In this document: piece by piece, positions 1 through 11,100 of the stretch
Layout: each line of letters starts with the position of its first letter
Numbering within the stretch: the first letter of the stretch is position 1
Source of the DNA: Fonticula alba ATCC 38817
Lineage: Eukaryota > Protista > Nucleariida
NCBI GenBank assembly: GCA_000388065.2
Contig: KB932202.1
Length of the DNA: 35,418 nucleotides
Direction: 5' to 3' (one strand)
Made by a program: the position numbers and the translations under genes
Notes under the pieces: generated by a model
Seen by the model: only the letters and a program-made list of their open reading frames with translations
What the model was told of the DNA's origin: nothing
The model's database searches: none

Positions 1-1210
1 CGCCATTCGCTTGGTCGCTCACAGAGGCCGAGGCCTGATTCAAAGCCGCGTGTCTTACGCCCCGCTGCTACTGGCTACACTGGTCCTGATGGGCGGCGTG
101 GGTCTGGCCACTTGGGCCACACTCCACCTGATCTTCCCCGATCGATTGCTCGATGTCCTTTTGACCGGGCCCTCGCATCAGGAGCTTCCCCTGTCACTGC
201 GCATGGCTACCCTCTTTGCGGCGGCCACCTGCACCCCGGCCGCCGGGTTCCAGACGACCCCGATTTATGGCGCAGCGCGGCCGCTGGCCGCTCGGGACTT
301 CTACTCCTTCCTGCTGGGGCTCCTGTCAACCGACTGCCCGCGCGACGATGCCTTTCCCTTGTGCGTGCCGATGGCAAGCCCCCTCGTCGCCTCCTTTGGT
401 TGTTGTGGACCTGGCTGGCGCCCCCCTTCTTGCTTCTTCCCTCGCAAAGCGCTGACCCCCGGCGCCTCCCCCCCCCGCCCCCCCCGCCCTGGCTCTGCGC
501 TTCCTCCGGCTCTCAGTTCCACCCTGCCGCCGGTGATCACCATCCTCTCGTGGTTCATCACGGTGGCCCTGTGTGTGTTTGTGGTGGCAGCAGCCCGACT
601 GTACCAGCGCTGGCGCCTCCGTCTGTCGGTCAAGTCCTCCTCTCGGGACTGGTCCACCTTGCCGGATGTCGTGTGCCAGATCGCCACCAATACCGCCCTG
701 CGGTCGGTCTTCTATCTCGGGGCTCTGCTCTTCGTTCAGATCATCTTTTCCGGCCCCCTCTGTACGTGCCACCCCTCGTCGTCGAGCTTGCGTCCGCCTC
801 CGCTGGCTTTTGGGCCTCCCCAACTGACCTCTCACCCATCCGCCCCTTCGTCACCCCTCGCAGACTTCTCCCTGCCCTACATTCTTATGATCTACGGGTT
901 CAGCTTCACGGTCATCCGCACGGTGGCCTACATCGTCGAGAGCAACCCCTACTCGAACATCGAGTGGGTTGGGTCCGTCTTCGTGGAGCATGCCATCTTC
1001 TGTAACCGAGCCCTGCTCATGATGGTCGGCTTCTGGGGGGTGGCCACGTCGCGCGGCTTCATCGGCCTGGCTCCATACCTCTCCTCGGAGCTGCACGCCG
1101 TCATCCTCGGCAAGTCGGCCATCGTCTGGATGTGCTTGTCACTCGTGCTGTCACCGCTGCTGGCCATCGCGCCGAACATCCTACGCCTGATCCTGGTTGG
1201 CGAAGTTTAA
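1..1210 (+). CDS. Multipass membrane protein, 3' part of gene (start lies upstream of window); family not recognised
   Basis: Frame is open from the window edge to TAA at 1208-1210. Several hydrophobic ~20-aa segments (LLLATLVLMGGVGLATWATL; VITILSWFITVALCVFVVAAA; SVFYLGALLFVQIIF; IVWMCLSLVLSPLLAIA). Two Pro-rich inserts are introns with good signals: 361-516 (GTGCGT..CTCAG) and 762-863 (GTACGT..CGCAG), both frame-preserving. Exons <1-360, 517-761, 864-1210. Confidence 0.75.
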   Translation, partial: AIRLVAHRGRGLIQSRVSYAPLLLATLVLMGGVGLATWATLHLIFPDRLLDVLLTGPSHQELPLSLRMATLFAAATCTPAAGFQTTPIYGAARPLAARDFYSFLLGLLSTDCPRDDAFPLCVPMASPLVASFGCCGPGWRPPSCFFPRKALTPGASPPRPPRPGSALPPALSSTLPPVITILSWFITVALCVFVVAAARLYQRWRLRLSVKSSSRDWSTLPDVVCQIATNTALRSVFYLGALLFVQIIFSGPLCTCHPSSSSLRPPPLAFGPPQLTSHPSAPSSPLADFSLPYILMIYGFSFTVIRTVAYIVESNPYSNIEWVGSVFVEHAIFCNRALLMMVGFWGVATSRGFIGLAPYLSSELHAVILGKSAIVWMCLSLVLSPLLAIAPNILRLILVGEV

Positions 1211-1673
1211 TCGCGGTCCCTCCCCCCCCCCCCCCCCCCCCCGCCCCCTTTCCTTCCCCGTCCTTGTGCCTCCATCAATACCAAAAACCAACAACAGACA
1301 TTGCCCCATGCGCAGGAGCAGGCTATGAGCCGGGATTCGAGCCCAGGGGTGCTCCCTCCCCCCCCCCCCCCCCCCAACCCCACGGAACGAGAAAACGTCC
1401 AAGCCAGAGCCCCCCTCGGATGGCGAAGTGGAGAATGGGTGAGTGTATTCTCGGTGTCCCCACGCACACACACACACACGCACATAAGTCAGGCGGATGG
1501 GCTGTGTGTCCCTGTTTGTGCCTCCCTCGTGCCAAGCAGGGGGATCTCCTTGTGCATGGGGAGGGAAAGGGGAGGGGCGGGGCGGGGTGGCAGAGATCGG
1601 GCAGGGCGAGGAGGAAGGGGGGGGAGGAGGGGCCGCCGCGCCGAGGGTGTAGGGGGGGGGGGACAATGGGGGA

Positions 1674-1692
1674 AATAAAAAGAGGAAATAAA
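1674..1692 (+). terminator. Tandem AATAAA polyadenylation signals (1674-1679, 1687-1692), probably for the upstream membrane-protein gene
   Basis: Two canonical hexamers in a GGAAATAAAA tandem about 470 nt after the stop at 1210, in otherwise A-poor sequence. Confidence 0.4.
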
Positions 1693-2624
1693 AGTATTCT
1701 ATGACCGGGCACTCACCGATCCTGGCCGCCGCTGGTCTCCGCTGGCCACAAGAGCCAGGGAGGCGAGAGGGCGGACGGACAAGTGGGGCCGGGGCTTTTG
1801 TGGGTTTTTTTCTTTTGAAAAACGAGAGGAAACAAGGACCATTTTTTCTGATTTTTCCGTTCAGACCGATGTGCAAATATGAAGACGCGCAAGGGGGTTT
1901 GTCTGTCCCGCTTGTGGCCGGGCCTTTCCCTCCTGGCCCGAGCCCTGCGCCCTAGGTGCACCGACGGCGGGGGAGCTGGGTGGAAAAGCACGAGAGCAAT
2001 CGGGTCATAAGCACACATGGCCCGGGCCCCCTTGCCCCATTGATGCGTCATTCTTCCGCTCATGCGAGCACTACTGTGCAAGCGCATGCGCGGGCGAGAT
2101 CGGCGGCAACGGGGAATAGGGCGCCTGCGCGCATGGTATACGCCCCAACTTGATCGTCACTGTGCCTGCAGCCACCAGTGTCCGCGCTCGGGACACAGGG
2201 CGCCGGAGAGGGAAGGGAAGGGCTGGAGGAGGAGGAGGAGGCCGGCCGGAGTGGATGGACCGATGGCCAGACATATGCCCGGGGCGAATTCTTTTTTCTA
2301 AGTTTAAGACTTTTCTCTGGCTTTTCGCGTGGCTGCCCAGATGATGGGAGGTGCGCCGGCTGCGCGTGACGAAAGCACGCACGGACAGACGGCAGTCTGG
2401 GCGCATGTATGCAGGAGCATGCGTTTTTTTTCTCAAGAGGCGTACAAACCGGCGCCGACCGGTCCCTATCCAACCATACTTGCCCCGAGTGCCACGAGCC
2501 GCGCCTCTTCTCCTCCTGCACTACCGGGGGGAGGGAGGTGGCGTTCGTGGGCGATTTCGGTGTAAGTAGGCGACCCGGGAATCAGGGGGGATGGGCAGGG
2601 GGGAAGGGGGACCGCAAGCGAGAA

Positions 2625-2627
<3 letters not shown>

Positions 2628-2657
<30 letters not shown>
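2628..2657. repeat. (CAG)10 trinucleotide microsatellite, intergenic
   Basis: Read directly. No convincing coding context around it. Confidence 0.9.
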
Positions 2658-2659
<2 letters not shown>

Positions 2660-3956
2660 GTGACAATGCGGCGGCAGAATGCCCGCCCGCTGAGGCCAGC
2701 TAGCAGTCCCCGCTTCATCTGGCCCTGCCCAGCCTCGCACAACGTTGCCTAATGGCAGCCCTCGCCTGCCCGCCTCAGGGGAGGATGTCGCCCGGAGCCC
2801 GCATCGGCTCCCACTTTCCCTTCCCAGGGAGGCGCGGGGCACCAAGATGTGGCGCGGCCTCGCGGCAAGGCCGCCCCCCATCACCAGGGGGAGGCGTGCG
2901 GGAAAGGCGGACGAGGGCTAGACGGCCCGAAGCCGGGGCGCAGGCGGGGACCGGGCCCACTGGACCGGGGAGTGTTGTGGGCCACATATCCCGGTCCGGG
3001 GAGCTCTTTCCGCCTCCTGACGCACGCAAACCGGGGCACGATCTGTGAGTCTCTTGGAGGAGGACGCACGCGTCGATGTGCGCGCATGCGCGCACGGATA
3101 TGGGCAGCGTGTGTTGTGAAGATAACTTTTCTCTGGTGATTGGTTTCCAATATGCGACGAACATTCTTTCCCGCAGAGCAGGCCCCTATCTCGCGCACTC
3201 TCTCTCTCTCTCTCTCTCTATCGTCTTTTCCCTCTCTCTTCTTGACTCTTCTCGGTCTCTCTCGCTGTGTGTGTGNNNNNNNNNNNNNNNNNNNNNNNNN
3301 NNNNNNNCTGCTTTGCGTGCCCGAGGATGTCGCGCGGCTCACTGCCCCGACAGAGCCTGCGGCAGGGAAGGAGAAGGAGAAGGGGGCCGAGTCGGGTGCT
3401 GCCGAGCCGTGTTTCATGCAGGAATGGGGCAGTGGGGAAGGATGTGGAGGGGGGGAGGGAGAGAGAGGCCAGGGGAGAGATCCACATGCCGGAGCTGGGG
3501 TCCAGCCTGTCAGACCCGCCCTTGCCGACGCCCTCCGGTCCCGGGCCTGAATGGCCCATTTCCCACGCGGTTTGCCAGTCCCCAAGCCATCCACTCCCGC
3601 GTCTGCTGCTTGCAAGCAGGCCCCCTCCCCCCCGGGAGGGGGGGGGGGGGGGGAGGCGCCGCCGACGCGAGTGCATGTGCCCTGTGGCGTCCCTGCCTCT
3701 GCGGCTTTCTCGCACCAGCGGGAACATGGCACAGGCGGACACGCACAAGCACAAACACAGACACACGCACACACCCACTCACCCCCACCCCCCCCCACAC
3801 ACACATACAGGCCGTGCTGTTCCCCGAATCGAGGAGCCCGAGGCCCCATCTTCCTCGACCCAATCGGGAGAGGGCAGACAGGGGCAGGAGGGCAGCAGGA
3901 GGGGCAGAACAGCACAGCCGCGAGACCGAGTGGCCGGCCGACCCGCAGGAGGGCCG

Positions 3957-6900
3957 CTAGACCAGCATCCAGCCGTCCACCTCGCTCATAGGCTCCGAGT
4001 GGTGGGGCAGGATGCCGCCGCCGGCGTTGATCAGGTCGCTGGTCGCCTCGTCAACGGGCTTCGACACCAGGAGATACTCGCCGGAGCAGGAGGACCCCAA
4101 GGGCGAGGGGGGCGCCGTGGCGCGGGCCGGGGCCCCGGCCGTGGCCAAGCCCGGCACAGGCGATGCCACCAGTGCCAGCGTCGAGGCCGAGGAGGAGACC
4201 ACCGGGCCACTCGTGGCCGCCGGCCCGGCCGGAGACTCTTCCGGGCCACCGACCACCGGCAGGGCGGCCGTGGCCGGGCGCACGATCACCGGCATCCAGC
4301 AAATCAGCGGGTAAAGACTGTTGCCGGCCTCGGGCCGGCCATATGCATCCGGGGGGTGGAGCTTCTGCGGGTTCTTGGCAAAGGCCTTGCCGGTGGCCCA
4401 GCGCGTCATGCAGTGATAGAAGTCCTGCTCGGCCGGCCGGAGGTTGGTCATGATGTCCATCGTTTGGAAGGCGGGCACGGTGGACTGCTGGCTCTCGGCA
4501 AAGCGCGTGATCCGCCGCCGGTTGAGGACCATCCCGCCGAGGGACAGAAACCCGGGGGGGGTGTACGTGCGAAGCATCTGCCGGAAGTCCTCATCCGGTG
4601 CCGGCCGACCGGCCGGCGACCAAGGCCCCGACTCCGGCTCACTGGGGTCCTGGTCACCGGGGGCCGAGCTGGCGAGGGCGCCGTCAGCCAGGCCGCCGGC
4701 CATCGCCAGAGGGTCCGACGAGTCGGAGCCGGCGTCGGTGGCGACGCCGGCCTTCGCGGCGGCCGGCACCCCCGGCAGCATGGCCAGCACCTCCCCCGGC
4801 AGGGGGAACTCCTTGAGGTAGAAATAGCCGCGGGCCGCGCCGCCGGCCGGGGCGAACTCCGCCAGGCTGGTCTGCTCCAGGGCCCGGGCCAGGGCATGGA
4901 GAAGCCGCTGGCAAAGGGCCAGCTTGATGGCCGGATCGCCGGGAGGGCAGATCCCCGGGGCCCCCACCCCGGGGAAGTACTCCAGCGGCTGGGTAAACAG
5001 CTGCTCCAAGCGAGGGCGAATGTCGGCCCACGCGCGCCGACGGAAGGCCGTCCACACCTGGGCATGATCGGCCTCGAAGGTGGGAGCACCGTCGGCCTCC
5101 AGCGAAGACCCCTCCGGGCGGTGGTGCACCAGGCGCACGGATCCACTCAGCCGACGCCCGGGAGCCGGGGCCTGGGCCAGCACATGCAGGAAGGACCCCC
5201 GCAGGAGGTGCACCAGCCGCGGGTGGTCCAGCAGGTAGGATGGATTCGGCCGGCGGAAGGCCGGGTGAACGACCACCTCCAGGACATTTTGCGCCACGGC
5301 AAAGCGCAGCAGCACCGCCTCCAGGACCTGGTACAGCTTGCTCACTCGATCGCCCAGGAGCTTCCAGCCGGTCAGGGCGAAGTCCGCCGGCAGGGCCATG
5401 CTGGTGAGCAATCGACACAGGTAGTCCACCTCGAAGACAGCACGCTCGCGCGGCCACAGCCCCCCGGGCAGGGGCTGCGGCAGGATCTCCGCCTGCGGGG
5501 CCGGCACCAGCCGGGCGAAGTCCTCGGCGCCGAAGCACCCGCGGAGCTCCGCCAGCAGGGTCCCCTGCACCAGACGCGACCAGGCACGCGAGGACCACCA
5601 CAAGCAGGAGGTGGTCGGCGGCAGCTCGGGTGCCGGGGCGCCGGTCGGAGCACCGGCCCCCCCGTCGGCCGGCCAGAAGGACGGCGAGAGGAGCAGCAGT
5701 CGCAGCAGACTCAGCTCATCGGCGTTGGCCTGCTGGCTGGCGAAGCTGGTCACCCCGAAGAGGGCAGACTCGGCCACCTTGTCCAGGATGCGTGTGCTAA
5801 GGGGGATCTGGTTGAGAAAGGCCCCGAGCCGGGCGAGACTGGCCAGGCCGCCGGTGTCCGGGGCGTCGGCCTGCGACCCGGGGTGGGGACCCCCGGCGGG
5901 GGCCAACTGCCCGAGGGCCAGCCGCAGGTCCCGCTCATCGACGGCCGCCAGCCGGGCATAATGCTCTCGGAATTGGTCCATACTCTGGCTGAAGGAGGGG
6001 GCCCCGGTCGTGGGCCCGCCTACGCGCAGGCGAGGAGAGGGGGGGGGGGGAGGGGGGGCATGGCAGAGAAGGACGGGCCGTGCGAGCAGCGGGTGAGCGA
6101 TGGCTCATGGCGTGGCTGGCTGCCCGAGTCACAGGCAAGAGGGGCGGGGCAAGGGGGCGAAGAGGAGGTGGCACGTACCGGGGGCCCGGAACCGAGTAGC
6201 ATGGTGAAAGAAAGCGCTGTGCCAGTAGAAGCAGGGGGTGGCCGACTGGGGATTGTCTGCTCCCCGGAGGCGGGATCGGGGGGGAGGGGCGGCGAAGCAC
6301 ATGGGATCATGGAGGAAGAGGGCGTGTGGGGGGTGAGAAGATGATGGAGAGGGGGAAAAATCCCCCGGCGGGGATGGGCCATCGGGGATGCGCAATGGCG
6401 TGAAAGACACGGGCAGGCATACCCATGATGATGATTTCGCTGAGTTGGGGGAGGGCGCCAGCGGTGAGGAGCTTCTGCAGATGCTTGCGATCCATGGTGG
6501 CTCCGGTGAAGGAGAGGTCCAGCAGCGTGAGGGACTTGTGTTCGGCAAGGCGCACGGGGCCGCCTGCGAGCGGGACACCGGTGAAGATGGCATCGTGCAC
6601 ATCGGCGAACCAGGGCCGGAAGAGGAGCCCGATGTTTTTCTCATGGATGTATGCAACTGTGCCAGGGGGGGGGGGGGGCGGAAGGCGTCGGGCAGGCTGG
6701 GTGAGGAAGGGGGGGGGGGGGGGGGGGAAAAAGGGGGGGTAAGGGGGGGGGGGGGGGGGGGGGGATTTTTTCGGGGGGGGGGGGGGGGAGGGGGGCAAAA
6801 AGTGGGGGATTACGAGACGGATGTCGATGGTGGGACTTTTCTCGACGGCGTTGCGATGCGTACGGGAGAAATCCATGCGAATGACCTGGGTGCGCTTTTT

Positions 6901-7561
6901 CGGGAGCTTGGTCGTCTTGATCGTACAACCTATCACCAGGGCAGGCCCGGTGAAGGAGGGAAGGGGCACAGGGAGCGAAGAAAAAGAGGCAGAGAGAGAG
7001 AGAGAGAGCCAGCCGGGGTGAGTGCACAGGAAGGTGGCGGGTTTTTCGGGCGAGATTCCGGCGGAGGAAGGCGATCGAGACGCGGAAACCGGTTGGGTAG
7101 GTGGCACGAAATGGTGCACATATGGTGGCAGCAGGAACAGCAGAAAAAATATATATATGTGTGTGTGTGTGTGCAAGAGAGAGAGGTGCGTTTCTGCACG
7201 CCAAGTGCACTCGCGTCGGGCAACACACGCACCGACCGGCTGGAACTGGTTGATGGATGGCTGGTAGTGCTGCCACTCCAGGGGGGCGTCATCGGGGACG
7301 GGGTCCTCATCATCGCGGATGCCAGCGATTGCCAGGCGGTCGATGAACGAGGCTGAGTTCCGCGGTGCGACCATGAAGGGGCATCGACATGTCAGCAGTC
7401 GGAACGTAGACAGGGAGGCGATGACGAGCGAGGTAGGAGAGCAGGTCCCGGAGGCAGGGGGCAGGCCTCCGGGCACGCGGCGCACCCAGGGTCTGCTCCT
7501 CCAGGACGGCGGAGTGCTTCTTCCGGTAGTCATCCAGCGCCTTGGACACTGGCTGGTCCAT
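3957..7561 (-). CDS. 878-aa hypothetical protein with two LRR-like motifs in the N-terminal part; 6 exons
   Basis: Exons 7561-7486, 7352-7233, 6929-6864, 6656-6423, 6256-6179, 6019-3957 total 2637 nt = 879 codons. Donors GTGCGC, GTGCGT, GTACGC, GTATGC, GTACGT and YAG acceptors give one continuous frame that joins the 674-aa ORF 3957-5981. Start context is AACCATGG. LRR-like SLTLLDLSFTG and LPQLSEIIIMDNP. Extra upstream exons inside the gap at 7595-7794 cannot be excluded. Confidence 0.75.
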
Positions 7562-8141
7562 GGTTAGGTGGATGGCGTGTGGTCGCGAGCGCAGNNNNNN
7601 NNNNNNNNNNNNNNNNNNNNNNNNNNNNNNNNNNNNNNNNNNNNNNNNNNNNNNNNNNNNNNNNNNNNNNNNNNNNNNNNNNNNNNNNNNNNNNNNNNNN
7701 NNNNNNNNNNNNNNNNNNNNNNNNNNNNNNNNNNNNNNNNNNNNNNNNNNNNNNNNNNNNNNNNNNNNNNNNNNNNNNNNNNNNNNNNNNNNNNAGAGAG
7801 AGAGAGAGAGAGGGCTGGGAGGAGGGAGGTGAGGGATCTGGGAGAGGGGGTGGAGAATGAAGATAGGCTGCACAGGGTGGTGAGGTGCTCTCTCCCGTCG
7901 GGAGACGCCGGGTGTGTCGGCCCGGCCGCCGATGAATGCAGGCTAGCAGCCACTCGGGAGTGGCCGCGGCACGAGCCCCGAAGGCTCGGCCCTGCCAGGG
8001 CGGCGTTGGGGGATGTAGTGGCGATGAAGGCGCACAGCCGGACCCAGCATTCCCCTGAGCATTCTCCTCTGCTTGGCAGGCGGCGGAGGCACGTTCCAAT
8101 CAGTTCCCGCCGTGCTGGCCGTGTCCCTGAGGGAGGGGCGG

Positions 8142-8175
<34 letters not shown>

Positions 8176-11100
8176 GAGTGTGTGTGTGTGTGTGTCCTCA
8201 TGCGTGTGCTATACGCGTATGCCATGCAAGGAGGGAGATACCGAGCCCGACGGGCTTACGAAGGGGGCAAATGGGCGGCTTGTGGGCGCGATCGCGAGAT
8301 CCGGGGACCGGATCTCGGTTGGACCTGGCCGAGATCGCGAGATCGAGCCGCGGACGCCGATCACCCCAGGGCAGGGGGGCGGGAGGGGGCCGGACAAGGG
8401 GCGGCGGCCCGCGCACTTATCCCCCGGGGGCGGCGATCTCGGCTCGCAAGCGGCGACCTCCATGGGGCAAGGCACAAATTCCCGGAGGACGGGGGCGGGG
8501 GGGGNNNNNNNNNNNNNNNNNNNNNNNNNNNNNNNNNNNNNNNNNNNNNNNNNNNNNNNNNNNNNNNNNNNNNNNNNNNNNNNNNNNNNNNNNNNNNNNN
8601 NNNNNNNNNNNNNNNNNNNNNNNNNNNNNNNNNNNNNNNNNNNNNNNNNNNNNNNNNNNNNNNNNNNNNNNNNNNNNNNNNNNNNNNNNNNNNNNNNNNN
8701 NNNNNNNNNNNNNNNNNNNNNNNNNNNNNNNNNNNNNNNNNNNNNNNNNNNNNNNNNNNNNNNNNNNNNNNNNNNNNNNNNNNNNNNNNNNNNNNNNNNN
8801 NNNNNNNNNNNNNNNNNNNNNNNNNNNNNNNNNNNNNNNNNNNNNNNNNNNNNNNNNNNNNNNNNNNNNNNNNNNNNNNNNNNNNNNNNNNNNNNNNNNN
8901 NNNNNNNNNNNNNNNNNNNNNNNNNNNNNNNNNNNNNNNNNNNNNNNNNNNNNNNNNNNNNNNNNNNNNNNNNNNNNNNNNNNNNNNNNNNNNNNNNNNN
9001 NNNNNNNNNNNNNNNNNNNNNNNNNNNNNNNNNNNNNNNNNNNNNNNNNNNNNNNNNNNNNNNNNNNNNNNNNNNNNNNNNNNNNNNNNNNNNNNNNNNN
9101 NNNNNNNNNNNNNNNNNNNNNNNNNNNNNNNNNNNNNNNNNNNNNNNNNNNNNNNNNNNNNNNNNNNNNNNNNNNNNNNNNNNNNNNNNNNNNNNNNNNN
9201 NNNNNNNNNNNNNNNNNNNNNNNNNNNNNNNNNNNNNNNNNNNNNNNNNNNNNNNNNNNNNNNNNNNNNNNNNNNNNNNNNNNNNNNNNNNNNNGGCGTG
9301 GCAGCGCGGGAATCAACCATGGCCGGAAGTGTCACCTCCCGGCACCAGGAAGAAAGAGGCCGAGATCGGGGGCGGGGCGGGGGCCTGGTGATCGGAGCTG
9401 TGCCGTGGGGGGGGGGGGGGGGGGGTGAGCCGGCCACCAGCCAGCTGGCTGACGGACGATGATACGCGTTACCCCGACCGGCAAGATGACATGCGCGGCC
9501 ATGAATTAAGCACTCCACCGGCAGGGCATTCCCCCGTCCCCGCCCCCGCGCCCCCCCTGGATGGGTGACGGAGCAACAATCGGGCAGGCCGGTGGGCAGC
9601 AGAGCAGCCGCGGGAGCGAGCAAGATGCGGCATGGGATACGAGGGGCATTGCCAGGCAGCCCGGCATTCGGTCTGCCTGCCCTGACCGGCCAGACGGACG
9701 ACGTCATGAGGAGGGGGCACCCGGGGCGCGGCGGGCCCCGTTTCCGGGGGCCTATCTCGCTGTTCCCGGGGCCCACGCCCCTCGGCGCAAAAGACGACCC
9801 AGTCATCTCGCGGCCGAGCACCTGACCGCACCTTCTTACGAAGCCCCAGCCCCCGGCCGTGGGGCGAGGGGGGGGGGGGGAGGGGGAGTGTGCTCTTCGG
9901 CTGGACCCTCTCTCTGGCTTGGCTGCTCGACCGTACCTCCCCCTCGGTGACCGGCCGTGCTTTACTTCACGTGCGGGGCCAAAAGGGCCAAATGTCGGCC
10001 CCGGTGGCTGTATTCACCTCTGGAGGCTCACCCGAGCCGGGAGTTCGAGCCGGCCAGAAGAGGGGCCAAGGGGGCGCGAGCAGGCAGTGCAAGGGAACAT
10101 CTGCATACTTGGCGGGGTCTTGTCGCGACGGAAGCCAAAGAAGGGCCTGCGCACCTGGCCTGCCCGACTGCAGCCTGGCCCGAAGTCAGCCTCAGTGCGA
10201 TGCCCAGCCGGGGCGATCGTGACCACAGGAGACGCCGTGCCTCCCCCCCGCCCCCGCCCCNNNNNNNNNNNNNNNNNNNNNNNNNNNNNNNNNNNNNNNN
10301 NNNNNNNNNNNNNNNNNNNNNNNNNNNNNNNNNNNNNNNNNNNNNNNNNNNNNNNNNNNNNNNNNNNNNNNNNNNNNNNNNNNNNNNNNNNNNNNNNNNN
10401 NNNNNNNNNNNNNNNNNNNNNNNNNNNNNNNNNNNNNNNNNNNNNNNNNNNNNNNNNNNNNNNNNNNNNNNNNNNNNNNNNNNNNNNNNNNNNNNNNNNN
10501 NNNNNNNNNNNNNNNNNNNNNNNNNNNNNNNNNNNNNNNNNNNNNNNNNNNNNNNNNNNNNNNNNNNNNNNNNNNNNNNNNNNNNNNNNNNNNNNNNNNN
10601 NNNNNNNNNNNNNNNNNNNNNNNNNNNNNNNNNNNNNNNNNNNNNNNNNNNNNNNNNNNNNNNNNNNNGCCGGGGCGATCGTGACCACAGGAGACGCCGT
10701 GCCTCCCCCCCCCCCCCGCCCCCCCCCCCCCCCCCCTCCCACACACATACATAGACTTCTCTGTTGCCAGCGATGTCCCCGGGCAAAAAAAAAAGCAGTC
10801 ATCTTCCACGCAATTGCACACAGAGTTCACAGAAAGTGCCGCACAAGACCTGACGGCACACGTCCTGATGGTCTGCCTGTGCACATGAAGCAGCTTGGAT
10901 GAGTAGGAGCGCCGTGCGTTGGATGGGGGAGAGGGAGGGGGAGGGGGGGTGGAGAGAGAAAGACGTCGATACACTCAAAACCGCATCCAAGGGGCCATTA
11001 TTCCGGTCAGGCTCTCGTCTCTCGCCCTCCCTCCTCGTCGGCCTGGGGGGAAGAGTGGCTCCTCGGGAACGCTGTAGGCCCCCCTTTTTGGGCTCTCGTA

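Noticed and set aside
1330-1346. tRNA T-arm/B-box-like hairpin on the minus strand (CTGGG-CTCGAAT-CCCGG)
   Set aside because: The 5' side is a poly-G run with no D-arm, anticodon arm or acceptor stem, and T54 is C. Not a tRNA; at most an isolated B-box-like site.
3267-6344. 1025-aa plus-strand ORF
   Set aside because: Antisense shadow of the spliced minus-strand gene. It is Gly/Arg-rich, runs through microsatellites and a gap, and all splice signals are on the minus strand.
10003-10090. SRP RNA-like hints (GGTGG-CTGTAT-TCACC hairpin, GAGTTCGAG box, AGCAGG)
   Set aside because: The helix-8 pattern CAGG-N3-GNRA-N3-AGCAG is not met (spacing 7 rather than 10, no GNRA loop).
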